A DNA stretch of 64,000 nucleotides from Bacteroidota bacterium (lineage in GTDB: Bacteria > Bacteroidota > Bacteroidia > Bacteroidales > Bacteroidaceae). The stretch's first letter is position 1. The number at the start of each line of letters is the position of its first letter. This document shows, in pieces, positions 8,382 through 17,423 of this stretch. The notes under the pieces were generated by a model that saw nothing but the letters and a program-made list of their open reading frames with translations, was not told the DNA's origin and ran no database searches. The translations under genes were made by a program, and so were the position numbers. Location of the stretch: assembly GCA_023425865.1 (NCBI GenBank), contig JAFABV010000054.1, positions 36,337 to 100,336 on the forward strand, read 5' to 3'.

Positions 8382-10712
8382 CTATTGTAATTCAAACCTC
8401 ACTACGGTAGGGACTTTCTGCCCTGCCGTCGTCACGCTCAGCGTCACGGGCGTGGCGCCACCCTCCACACCGCGGATGATGACCTGCGCCTGCCCCATGA
8501 ATGCCGCAATCTCGGCATGACGGCGGTCGGACCCTTGCGGACGCTCGGCCTGCTTATACGCCGGGTCGCCGTTGCCCCATCCCAACAGCTCGGCCGAGCC
8601 GTCGAGAGAAATCATGATGTTGTCGCAGGCATCGGGAACGGTGCGCCCCTTGGCGTCGACCAGCGTGAGGTCTACCACGGCAATGTCCTGTCCGTCGGCT
8701 CGCAGCGTCTGCTTGCTGACCTTGAGCGTCACTTTGGCTGCGGGTCCGGTGGTCTCCACCCGTTGCGTCATCACCCGCTTGCCCTGTCGGTACCCGTAGG
8801 CCACGAGCCGTCCGGGACGATAGGTCGTGTGCCATACCAGATGACCGTCGCGGGGCATCGCCTGCCGCCCGAGCGACTTACCATCCTGCGTAAGCTCCAC
8901 CTCATCCATGTTCGAATAGGCCCACACCTCCACCTGCTGTCCTTCGCGGCCCTTGAGGTTCCAGTGGGGGAAGATATGCAGCACGGGCTCTGCGGTCCAT
9001 GCCGCCTGCAGATACCATGCCTCGTCTTTGGGAAATCCGCAATAGTCGAGGATGCCAAACTGCGACCCCGTGGCTGGCCACTTCATGGGGTTAGGCTCAC
9101 CCCGGTAGTCGAAGCCCGTCCAGTAGAACAGTCCGCCAGCCCAGCTGTTGTCACGATAAAACTTCCATCCGCGCTCAATGACATTCTTTTCGCCCTGCGA
9201 CCTCTCCTCGCCCTCGCGGTTGATGCTAACCATCCATCCGCGCAGTGAGTCGGTGGCATAGACGTTGCGCGTGCCGCAGCCTGTGGTCTCCTCGGTGCCC
9301 ACCACCAGCCAGTCGGGATATTCGCGGTGGCGGCGGTCCACATCGTTCTGTACGATATAGTTGTAGCCATGCACGTCCACTTGCTTCACGATGCCGAATC
9401 CCCCGCTGTTGCCGTATGTATAAGGACGGCTGTCATCGATCTGCCGGGCATAGTCGATCATCGTGCGGGCAATCTTCTCCCCCTTGTCACCACTCTCTAT
9501 CCACCACTCCTCATTGCCGATGCTCCACATGATGACCGACGGATGGTTGCGGTGGCTCACGATCATACGCCGCAGCAGGTCGAGATGCTCATGGTTGACG
9601 CCCATCAGCCGGTTCTCGTCGATGACCATCACGCCCATCGAGTCGCACACCTCGAGCATGGCGGGCGATGCCGGGTTGTGCGAGCAGCGTATAGCGTTCA
9701 TGCCCAAGGCCTTGAGGCGTGCCACGCGATATTCCCACAGCGCCTTGGGCACAGCCACCCCCACGCCCGCGTGGTCGAGGTGCAGGTTGGCGCCGCGCAG
9801 CTTGATGGGCTGGCCGTTGAGGCGAATGCCCTGCCGGGCATCGTAGGTGAGCGTGCGAAGTCCCACTTTTGTCGTCACCACGTCTTCGCCGCCCGGCGTG
9901 GCGGTGCGCAGGGTGTAGAGATACGGGTCGTCGGGGCTCCATAGACGCGGCTGACTGATGGTGAGTACGCCGCGACCCTGTGCCACTACCCTGCCCGCTG
10001 CGTCGGTGAGCGTGTTGAGGCAGCTGTCGGTGCTCACGACGTTGACCTGCAGACGGCCGTCGTGCCAGACGTAGCTCACATCGTCGATATAATGTCGTGC
10101 GTCGCGCTTGATGAGCCACACGTCGCGGTAGATGCCCGCGCCCTCGTAGTACCATCCCTCCTCCACGGAGGCATCGCAGCGCACGGTCAGCAGGTTGTCG
10201 CCGCCGTAGTTGAGATAGGGCGACAAATCATACACTTGTGTGGCGTAACCGCTGGACTCATGGCCCAGATAAAAACCGTTGCAGAACACCTGCGCGTTGC
10301 GGAAAATGCCGTCGAAGCGCACGGCGATATGCCGCCCCTCGTCGGCCTTGTCGATGGTAAAGCGCTTGCGATACCATCCCACCGAGTGCCGCGGATATTT
10401 CCAGCCCACCTGCTTGTAGCCGTGCGAGTGGCTGGCCTCGCTGCTGTAGGGCAGGTCGACCACCCAATCGTGCGGCAGGTTGACGTGCGTCCAGGCTGAG
10501 TCGTTGAACTGCACCCAGGCGGGGCCTTGGTTCTGGCCCACGGCCTTCGACAAAAAGGTGAAGTATTCGGTGCCGTGGCCGAAGTCTTCGGCCATCGAGG
10601 CGGCATGTCCCAGATGGAACGTCCAGTTGTTGTTGAGCAACAGTGTTTGGCGCTGGGCACGTGTAGTGCAGACAAGTGCCATGAAGCAGAGTGCCAGAAG
10701 GATACGTGTCAT
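8382..10712 (-). CDS. Glycoside hydrolase family 2 (beta-galactosidase-like), secreted/periplasmic
   Basis: 776-aa ORF with signal peptide. GH2 sugar-binding N-terminus (NNNWTFHLG…WTHVNLPHDW), acid/base region NHPSVIMWSIGNEE, C-terminal Ig-like domains. Confidence 0.85.
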   Translation of the reverse strand: MTRILLALCFMALVCTTRAQRQTLLLNNNWTFHLGHAASMAEDFGHGTEYFTFLSKAVGQNQGPAWVQFNDSAWTHVNLPHDWVVDLPYSSEASHSHGYKQVGWKYPRHSVGWYRKRFTIDKADEGRHIAVRFDGIFRNAQVFCNGFYLGHESSGYATQVYDLSPYLNYGGDNLLTVRCDASVEEGWYYEGAGIYRDVWLIKRDARHYIDDVSYVWHDGRLQVNVVSTDSCLNTLTDAAGRVVAQGRGVLTISQPRLWSPDDPYLYTLRTATPGGEDVVTTKVGLRTLTYDARQGIRLNGQPIKLRGANLHLDHAGVGVAVPKALWEYRVARLKALGMNAIRCSHNPASPAMLEVCDSMGVMVIDENRLMGVNHEHLDLLRRMIVSHRNHPSVIMWSIGNEEWWIESGDKGEKIARTMIDYARQIDDSRPYTYGNSGGFGIVKQVDVHGYNYIVQNDVDRRHREYPDWLVVGTEETTGCGTRNVYATDSLRGWMVSINREGEERSQGEKNVIERGWKFYRDNSWAGGLFYWTGFDYRGEPNPMKWPATGSQFGILDYCGFPKDEAWYLQAAWTAEPVLHIFPHWNLKGREGQQVEVWAYSNMDEVELTQDGKSLGRQAMPRDGHLVWHTTYRPGRLVAYGYRQGKRVMTQRVETTGPAAKVTLKVSKQTLRADGQDIAVVDLTLVDAKGRTVPDACDNIMISLDGSAELLGWGNGDPAYKQAERPQGSDRRHAEIAAFMGQAQVIIRGVEGGATPVTLSVTTAGQKVPTVVRFELQ

Positions 10713-10729
10713 GATTCAATTGGTGGGAT

Positions 10730-13678
10730 TTACAGTTTCACCGTCACGGCCTTGCCGTTATAGTTTATCATTTTGCCCTCGGGGTTGTCGAGGTTGAGGG
10801 CTCGGGGCTGGGTCTTGCTCACCGTCACGATGTTGAATCGGCGGCTCTTGAGCATGCCGTCGAAGGCTCCCTGACGCTTGCCGATGATGAGGGTGCGGGT
10901 GGCCTGGCTGTAGTGGATGTCGATGGTGGCGTACTTGCCGCGCTCGTAATTGTAATTGGTGCCCTCGTCCTCGTAGAGCTGGAAGTCGGCGTCGCGACCC
11001 TCGTAGACGTAGAGGTTGATGAGTTCGGCCTTCTTCTGATCGCTCCATTCCATCTCCGGTCCGAAGGGTATGATGCTGCCCTCGGGCACGTAGACCGGTA
11101 TCTTGTCGAAGGGCGCGTCGACGATGAGGCGCTGGCCGCCCTCCACAAACTCGCCCGTGTAGAGGTCGTACCATCCGCGCTGGGCGGGGAAGTAGACGCT
11201 GCGGTTGCGCGCCTTGTAGTAGCCCACGGGGCAGGCCATGAGCGACGGGCCGAACATCCACTGGTCTTTGATGTCGTAGATGGCCGGGTCGCCGTTGAAG
11301 TCCATCACCAGGCCGCGCATCATGGTGTAGTCGCGGAAGTGTACCCATCCGGCCATGGAGTAGAGGTAGGGCATGAGACGGTAGCGCAGGCGGTCGTAGG
11401 CCACGATGGTCTTGTAGGCCGGGTGGTCTTCGGGTGCGATGTTCCATACCTCGCGCAGGGGCCACTGGCCGTGGGCGCGGTACAGGGGGATGAAACAGCC
11501 GAACTGGTTCCAGCGGGCCTGCAGCTCGCGCCACTCCTTGAGGTCCTCGGTCTCGAGGCCGTCTTTGTCATACTGCTGCTGTGCGGCCACGTAGCGGTTC
11601 TCGACGCAGAAGCCACCCTGGTCCATGCCCCAGAAGGGCAGTCCGGCCATTGAGTAGTTGAGTCCGGCGGTCATCTGTGCCCGCATGTCTTCCCAGCGGG
11701 TGGCGATGTCTCCGCTCCAGGTGGCGGTAGAGTAGCGCTGCTCGCCGGCGAAGCCGCTGCGGGTGAGCAGGAACACGCGCTGGTTGGGGTTCACGCTGCG
11801 TTGTCCATGGTAGATGGCGTCGGCATTGACGATGGAGTAGGCGTTGAAGTATTCGGTCGAGGTGCCCAGTGCCGTGGGGCCCGAGAGGGCCTTGCGGTAC
11901 CACATCGGCGTGCAGTCGCGCACGTTGGGCTCAGAGGCATCCATCCACCAGGCGTCGATGCCAAACTTGTATTTGGTGTAGAGGTTGTCGTTCATCTGCC
12001 GCCAGAACATCTTGCGTGCCCCGGCATCGTAGGCGTCGTAGAACGAGCCGGCGTAGCCCAACCAGTCGTGTATGTCGTCTTCGATGGCCTGGTGGTACAT
12101 CCATCCCTTGGCGTCGAGTTCCTTGTAGTTGGCCACTGACGAGTAAAATTTGGGCCAGACAGAAATCATGAACCGACCGTTCATGCGGTGTACATTGTCG
12201 AGCATGGCCTGTGGGTCGGGGTAGCGCGAGGCTTCGAAGGTATGGTCGCCCCAGCTGTCGAGCTTCCAGTAGTTCCAGTCTTGCACGATATTGTCTACAG
12301 GAATATGTCGACGGCGGAACTCAGCCAGTGTGTTTTCAATCTCTTCTGCGGTTTTGTAGCGCTCGCGACTCTGCCAGAAGCCCAAAGTCCATTTGGGGTA
12401 GACCTGCGCCTTGCCCGTGAGTGTGCGGTAGCCCGCGATTACCTCGTCGGCGTTGCGCCCGGCGATGAAGTAGTAGTCCATGTCCTTGGCCATCTCGCTC
12501 CAGATGCTTATGCGGCCTTGCTGCTCGGCCGTCTGCGGCTTGGCCACGCGCAGACCGCAGTAGCTCACGCCGCCGTCGGGCTGCCATTCCACGCGAATCT
12601 GCGTCTTGCGCCCGGCCTGCAGTGGGAAGGTGAACTTCCAGGTGTTGGGGTTCCAGGCCGTGCGCCAGCGCTCGGCCACGGCCTCGCGGCCGTCGATGTA
12701 AATTTTGATGTAGCCCGCATAGTAAAGGATGAAGTGGTAGTTGTCGGTGGCGGGAGCCTCGATGAAGCCTTCGTACACCACGTTGGCGCCGTTGAGGTCG
12801 AAGCCCTTGGGAAGGTTCTTGATGCCTCCGGGCTCGGTGGCATTGGCCAGCTTAGAGGCGGTGGGCGTGTCGAACTCATAGTAGAGACTGTCTTCATCGC
12901 GCACGACGCGCTTGCCCAGCTTATCGGTGTAGGTGCCGGTGAGGTGTCCGGCGCGCCCCTGACGGTCGTAGAGCCTGAAGGCCCGGTGCAGTTGCTGGTA
13001 GTCCTCGGGATTGCCCCAGCGGCAATAGCTGTAGCTGTCCCATAGCAGTCCGTAGTTCTTGTTGCTCAGTACGAAGGGCACCGACACCTTGGTGTTGTAT
13101 TGGAAGAGATCCTCGTTCTTGCCCTTCATGTTGAGTTCTTCGGACTGGTGCTGCCCCAGTCCGTAGAATGCCTCGTCGGCCGGACTGTCGAAGAGGGCGT
13201 GCCACGTCCAGCCGTGTTTGTCGGCCTCCTTCACCTTGGCGATGTCTACGCCAATCTCGCGGTCGGGCACGGTATAGGGGGTGAGCGTCTTGCCGCCCTG
13301 TTCGGCCTCGGCGAGCCAGAGCTTACCGTTGCTGTCTCTGAACACCACGCGCCCGGTGAGCGTGCTGACCTGTGCCTGCACGTCGGCCGTGGCCACCGTC
13401 ACGATGTCGTTCTGGGCACTCACCTTGAAGTCGTTGTAGGCCTTTTGTGGCACGATGATGAGGCTCTGCTTCTGTGGGAAGGCCTCCTCGGCGGTGGCCT
13501 CCACGCGAATGATCTTGCTGTTCTTGGGCTGCAGGCGCACCATTCGTGGCACGCCGTTGCCGCTGTTTCTGACGTTTACTGTCACGGTGTTGCCCTCGCG
13601 CTGATAGTCTTGTGCCCATAGGCCCATGGGGGCGAGGAGCAGTGCTGCCAGTGAGGTGAAGAGATAGATAGGTTTCAT
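10730..13678 (-). CDS. Glycoside hydrolase family 31 with inserted PA14 domain (alpha-xylosidase-like alpha-glycosidase)
   Basis: 982-aa ORF with signal peptide. GH31 nucleophile region KFGIDAWWMDASEPN and TATWSGDI. PA14-like insert (…ATDNYHFILYYAGYIKIYIDGREA…). The architecture resembles PA14-containing GH31 alpha-xylosidases. Substrate specificity is inferred only. Confidence 0.8.
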   Translation of the reverse strand: MKPIYLFTSLAALLLAPMGLWAQDYQREGNTVTVNVRNSGNGVPRMVRLQPKNSKIIRVEATAEEAFPQKQSLIIVPQKAYNDFKVSAQNDIVTVATADVQAQVSTLTGRVVFRDSNGKLWLAEAEQGGKTLTPYTVPDREIGVDIAKVKEADKHGWTWHALFDSPADEAFYGLGQHQSEELNMKGKNEDLFQYNTKVSVPFVLSNKNYGLLWDSYSYCRWGNPEDYQQLHRAFRLYDRQGRAGHLTGTYTDKLGKRVVRDEDSLYYEFDTPTASKLANATEPGGIKNLPKGFDLNGANVVYEGFIEAPATDNYHFILYYAGYIKIYIDGREAVAERWRTAWNPNTWKFTFPLQAGRKTQIRVEWQPDGGVSYCGLRVAKPQTAEQQGRISIWSEMAKDMDYYFIAGRNADEVIAGYRTLTGKAQVYPKWTLGFWQSRERYKTAEEIENTLAEFRRRHIPVDNIVQDWNYWKLDSWGDHTFEASRYPDPQAMLDNVHRMNGRFMISVWPKFYSSVANYKELDAKGWMYHQAIEDDIHDWLGYAGSFYDAYDAGARKMFWRQMNDNLYTKYKFGIDAWWMDASEPNVRDCTPMWYRKALSGPTALGTSTEYFNAYSIVNADAIYHGQRSVNPNQRVFLLTRSGFAGEQRYSTATWSGDIATRWEDMRAQMTAGLNYSMAGLPFWGMDQGGFCVENRYVAAQQQYDKDGLETEDLKEWRELQARWNQFGCFIPLYRAHGQWPLREVWNIAPEDHPAYKTIVAYDRLRYRLMPYLYSMAGWVHFRDYTMMRGLVMDFNGDPAIYDIKDQWMFGPSLMACPVGYYKARNRSVYFPAQRGWYDLYTGEFVEGGQRLIVDAPFDKIPVYVPEGSIIPFGPEMEWSDQKKAELINLYVYEGRDADFQLYEDEGTNYNYERGKYATIDIHYSQATRTLIIGKRQGAFDGMLKSRRFNIVTVSKTQPRALNLDNPEGKMINYNGKAVTVKL

Positions 13679-13696
13679 GGATAGGGTGGTAAGCGA

Positions 13697-14587
13697 TTAG
13701 ATGATGACTCTTATTTTCTTGTATTGCTCACGGAACTCGCTGGGCGTGCTGCCCTTCTTGCGCTTGAAGATGCGATTGAAGTTGCTCATGTTGTTGTAAC
13801 CGCACTTGAAGCAAATCTCACTGACGCTCTCGTTGGTATCTACCAGCATACGTGTGGCGTTGCCGATGCGTACATCGATGATGTAGTCGCTCAGGGTGCG
13901 GCCAGTGTGCTGCTTGAAGAATCGGCTGAACGAACTCTTGCTCATGTTCGACATCTCGGAGAGATCTTCGAGCTTGAGCTCATACATGAAATTCTGACTG
14001 ATGTAGTTTTTCACCTTTAGGATACGGCGGCTGTCGTCTTCCACCTCTACCTTGGCATAACTCGAGGTGGCAAGCGTATGTGCCCCCTCGCTTACCGACA
14101 GGGTGTGTAGGATGTCGACAAACTGCATGAAAGCCTTGAACTTGTCGGTCTGTTGGCCAATGGTATCGAGCTTGTCGTACACCTTGATGATGGTGCTGAT
14201 GGGGAAGGCAATGCCTTTGCGGGCTTCGAGCAGCATCTTGTGGATACTGAGTAAGGGTGTCTTGGTGAAGATGCTGTCTTCTGTCATGCCGAAGTCGAAC
14301 TGGATGGTGATCTCACGGATGTCGTCACTCTTGCAGTCGGCCTGTTCCCATACATGTTCCAGGTCGGGACTGGTGATGAGTACCAGGTCGAAATCTCCAA
14401 TGACCTCATTGCTGTCACCTACGATGCGGCGCACCCCTTCGGCATGCTCCACGAAATTAAGCTCGCAGACGTTGTGGCAGTGGATGGGGTAGGTAAACTC
14501 CTTCTTATGCCGGTCGGCGATGTATAACGCGTCTCGATCCATGAGCGGCGTTATCTCATGTAATACATGACTGTCGATAGATATCAT
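13697..14587 (-). CDS. AraC-family transcriptional regulator (cupin-like N-domain + AraC HTH)
   Basis: C-terminal HTH (…SKSSFSRFFKQHTGRTLSDYIIDVRIGNATRMLVDTNESVSEICFKCGYNNMSNFNRIFKRKKGSTPSEF). I place the start at ATG 14587 (MISIDSH…), which overlaps the upstream stop as ATGA. The track ORF extends to 14638. Confidence 0.85.
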   Translation of the reverse strand: MISIDSHVLHEITPLMDRDALYIADRHKKEFTYPIHCHNVCELNFVEHAEGVRRIVGDSNEVIGDFDLVLITSPDLEHVWEQADCKSDDIREITIQFDFGMTEDSIFTKTPLLSIHKMLLEARKGIAFPISTIIKVYDKLDTIGQQTDKFKAFMQFVDILHTLSVSEGAHTLATSSYAKVEVEDDSRRILKVKNYISQNFMYELKLEDLSEMSNMSKSSFSRFFKQHTGRTLSDYIIDVRIGNATRMLVDTNESVSEICFKCGYNNMSNFNRIFKRKKGSTPSEFREQYKKIRVII

Positions 14588-15771
14588 AGCGTACGTTCTA
14601 AAATTTCCAAGCACATGCGGGTGTTGTGGTAGGGGCATTTCCAGAAGCCGGCCTTGTCGTCGTCGAGATTGACCTTGCCTTGGTCGTCAATGGCCCAGTG
14701 CCACTCACCGTGAAGATGGTCGATGAGGTGAGTCTTGATATAATCCCAGGTGTGGAAGACGGTGCTGAGCGCATCGTCATCGCCGAAGTACTGATAGAGG
14801 TTGGCGTGGCCGATGATGTTTTCGCACTGTACCCACCACTGACGCTGACGGTCGGTGTGGCCGCTGTTTGTCCAACGCTCGTAGATCATTGAGCCGTCGG
14901 GGCATAGCCCTTCGTCGGCAGCCTTGGCCAGGTTGACCACCAAGGGGCGCAACCGTTCGATGACGTCTGGGTCATTCAGTACCAAGGCTGTTTCGTAGAG
15001 CAGCCAGGTGGCCTCGATGTCGTGGCCGAAGCTCTGTATGTTACGGCGGCCTTGCCATGCGTCGTCGAAGAAGAGGTCGAGGTGATGCGTGTCGGGATTG
15101 TAGAACTTATCGGTAAAGACATCAAGCAGGTGGTCAATGCTTTGGCGCAGTTCGGGCTGTGGCCATACGCGGTAGAGGTTGGTATAAGGCTCTATGACGT
15201 GCAGATGGGTGTTCATGGTCTTTGAGCCATTCTCGTCTTTATCCGACAGGCGCATGTCGACAATGGGTTGCCAGTCGCGTGTGAGAGCCTCGCGGTAGCC
15301 GCCGTTCACGGCATCGTAGGCATGGCTCTCGATGTCGTGGTAGAGCGCGATGGCACAGTCGAGAGCCTTTTGGTCGCCCGTGGCGCGTGCCAACTCGCTC
15401 ATACCATAGATGGCGAAGCCAATGGCGTAGGTCTGTTTTTTAGTGTCCAGGGGATTTCCCTTGTAGTCAACGCTCCAATAGATACCGCCGTGCTCACGGT
15501 CGATGAAATGGTCGAATATGTAGTCTCGGGCGCGGATGGCCGCGTCTAAGTATTCTGGATTGCCCAATACACGATAGGCTGCGGCAAACGACCAAAGGAT
15601 GCGGGCATTGAGCACCGCACCCTTGGCTGCTGTAACATCTACTTGGTCGTGGCCATCAATGCGGCCATAGAATCCCCCATAGTCACGGTCGATAACACGT
15701 TCTAACCAGTAGCTTAGGATGTTTTCCACCGCGCATTGCCGCATCTCGGCTTTGAGTTGTTTGATGTCCAT
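14584..15771 (-). CDS. N-acylglucosamine 2-epimerase-family enzyme (cellobiose/mannobiose 2-epimerase-like), cytoplasmic
   Basis: 395-aa ORF, no signal peptide, (alpha/alpha)6-barrel AGE-family pattern. Gene context matches the described Bacteroides fragilis mannan operon (GH26, GH130, symporter, epimerase). Confidence 0.8.
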   Translation of the reverse strand: MDIKQLKAEMRQCAVENILSYWLERVIDRDYGGFYGRIDGHDQVDVTAAKGAVLNARILWSFAAAYRVLGNPEYLDAAIRARDYIFDHFIDREHGGIYWSVDYKGNPLDTKKQTYAIGFAIYGMSELARATGDQKALDCAIALYHDIESHAYDAVNGGYREALTRDWQPIVDMRLSDKDENGSKTMNTHLHVIEPYTNLYRVWPQPELRQSIDHLLDVFTDKFYNPDTHHLDLFFDDAWQGRRNIQSFGHDIEATWLLYETALVLNDPDVIERLRPLVVNLAKAADEGLCPDGSMIYERWTNSGHTDRQRQWWVQCENIIGHANLYQYFGDDDALSTVFHTWDYIKTHLIDHLHGEWHWAIDDQGKVNLDDDKAGFWKCPYHNTRMCLEILERTL

Positions 15772-15772
15772 A

Positions 15773-17155
15773 TTAGTCTGAGGTTTTTCGAATATCTTTG
15801 AGTTTGAGGCTGATTTCTTGCATCTTGCTCTTGGTCAAGGGGTACACCACCATGATGACTACCATCAGCACGGCAATGCCGGCGGGAATCCAACTCATGG
15901 TGAGCTTCATGCCCATGATGGCACCTGCCGTCTGCTCAGGCGCATTGGGCACCAGTCCAAAAGCGGCAAAGAGCCATAATACGGCTGAGCCAGCGATGGC
16001 TCCACCAAACTTTTGTGCCATAGACCCCGAGGAGAAGATGAGTCCTGTGGAAGAACTGCCGTCTTTGATGGTGGCATAGTCAGAAACGTCGGCATACATA
16101 CTCCAAATGAGCGGGCTGATGATACCTGTGCAAACGGAGATGAGAATCTGTAGGAGAAGCATGGTGATAAACCCGCCATTGTTGAGCGGGAGGTAGAAGA
16201 ACACGATGCTCAGCACGGCCATTGCGATGCACGAGGCGGCAAACGTAAGGCGCTTGCCCAATTGCTTGCTGATGGGTACGGCGCAAACGACGCCTATCAT
16301 ATTACATACCTCGCCCACGCCGAGGAACAATCCGGCAAAAAAGAAGAACTCCACCATACCGAGGTTGATGTTGGCCTGCTCGCCGATATAATACTTGAAG
16401 TAATAGGCCACTGTGGCGCCACGCACTGTGTTGAACAGGTTGGAGCACAGTGCCGCGGCCGTGAGCAGCCACCAAGGAGTGTTGCGGATGAGTGACTTGA
16501 CGTCGGAGCCTAATGGGGTGGCTTCTACACGCACGTGTTCTTTGGTGAGGCGGAAGCAAGCCAAGAAGAGCAGGAAGCTGAAGGCGGAGATGCAGATCAT
16601 GGCCCATTGCCAGGCCCCCTGAGGACTTTTGCCCTGCGACTCGAAGAAATTGCACAGTGGTTCCCAAGAGAAAAGGGCGATGAACGAACCGGCATAGGCA
16701 AAGAACATGCGGAAACTGGAGAATACCGTCTTCTCGTCAGAGTCGTTGGAGATAACGCCAAGCATGGAGCCGTAGGGCACATTGATGCCCGTGTAGACAG
16801 TCATCATCAAGATATAGGTGACGTAGGCCCATACCAGTTTCTGGGTCTCCGAGGCATCGGGTGTGGTGAAAAGCAGTATGCCAGAAATGGCGAAGGGCGC
16901 CGCACACCAGAGTAGGTAGGGGCGATATTTGCCCCACTTGGTCTGTGTACGGTCGGCGATAACACCCATCATGGGGTCGGAGACTGTGTCCCAGATACGT
17001 GTGACGAGCATCAAGGTAGCCGTGGCACCGAGTGACAGGCCGAAGATGTCACTATAGAAGATAGGCAGATAGTAGGAGAAGATTTTCCAGAACATGCTGG
17101 AAGCCATGTCTCCAAATCCGTATCCTACTTTCTCGATGAGTTTTGCTTTTGACAT
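15773..17155 (-). CDS. GPH-family sugar:cation symporter (MelB/GusB-like)
   Basis: Start chosen at MSKAKLIEKVGYGFGDMASSMFW… (ATG 17155), the canonical GPH N-terminus, with about 12 TM helices. The 57 codons upstream in the track ORF translate repeat DNA. Confidence 0.85.
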   Translation of the reverse strand: MSKAKLIEKVGYGFGDMASSMFWKIFSYYLPIFYSDIFGLSLGATATLMLVTRIWDTVSDPMMGVIADRTQTKWGKYRPYLLWCAAPFAISGILLFTTPDASETQKLVWAYVTYILMMTVYTGINVPYGSMLGVISNDSDEKTVFSSFRMFFAYAGSFIALFSWEPLCNFFESQGKSPQGAWQWAMICISAFSFLLFLACFRLTKEHVRVEATPLGSDVKSLIRNTPWWLLTAAALCSNLFNTVRGATVAYYFKYYIGEQANINLGMVEFFFFAGLFLGVGEVCNMIGVVCAVPISKQLGKRLTFAASCIAMAVLSIVFFYLPLNNGGFITMLLLQILISVCTGIISPLIWSMYADVSDYATIKDGSSSTGLIFSSGSMAQKFGGAIAGSAVLWLFAAFGLVPNAPEQTAGAIMGMKLTMSWIPAGIAVLMVVIMVVYPLTKSKMQEISLKLKDIRKTSD

Positions 17156-17171
17156 TGTTGGTGGTAGGTAT

Positions 17172-17415
17172 TGGGCCCACCCCAGCCCTCCCAAGGGAGG
17201 GAGTGCCATACGGTGGGTTGGTTTGTTGGTTTGTTGGTTTGCTGGTGGGTTGGTTTGTTGGTGGGTTGGTTTGTAGGTGGATTGATAGTTGATGCAGCTT
17301 TTGCAACTTGCTAACTGGCTAACCAATTAGACCCCGCAAGCCATATAACCGACCCACCAACAGACTAACCCACCGCACGGCACTCCCTCCCTTGGGAGGG
17401 CTGGGATGGGCCCCA
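17172..17415. repeat. Inverted-repeat element: 48-nt arms (17172-17219 and 17367-17415) around ~147 bp rich in GGTTGGTTTGTTGG-type repeats
   Basis: The arms differ by 3 mismatches and 1 indel (hand-aligned). Each arm holds an internal CCCTCCC-AA-GGGAGGG hairpin. It lies exactly between the GH130 stop (17424) and the symporter start (17155). Confidence 0.8.
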
Positions 17416-17423
17416 CCAACAAA

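Noticed and set aside
10758-11534. 258-aa same-strand alternative-frame ORF inside GH31 (also 51281-52057 inside the GH128-like gene, 53980-54633 inside GH16, 9589-10155 and 10187-10675 inside GH2)
   Set aside because: The translations are Pro/Arg/Gly/His-rich and nested in frames of well-supported genes. There is no evidence for overlapping genes.
14588-14638. Upstream extension of the AraC ORF overlapping the epimerase gene by 55 nt
   Set aside because: The internal ATG at 14587 gives the common ATGA stop/start overlap and a normal AraC N-terminus. The longer form is less parsimonious, though not excluded.
17156-17326. N-terminal 57-codon extension of the symporter ORF (…YKPTHQQTNPPANQQTNKPTH…)
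   Set aside because: The extension translates the inverted-repeat/CCAACC element. The canonical GPH N-terminus begins at the ATG at 17155.
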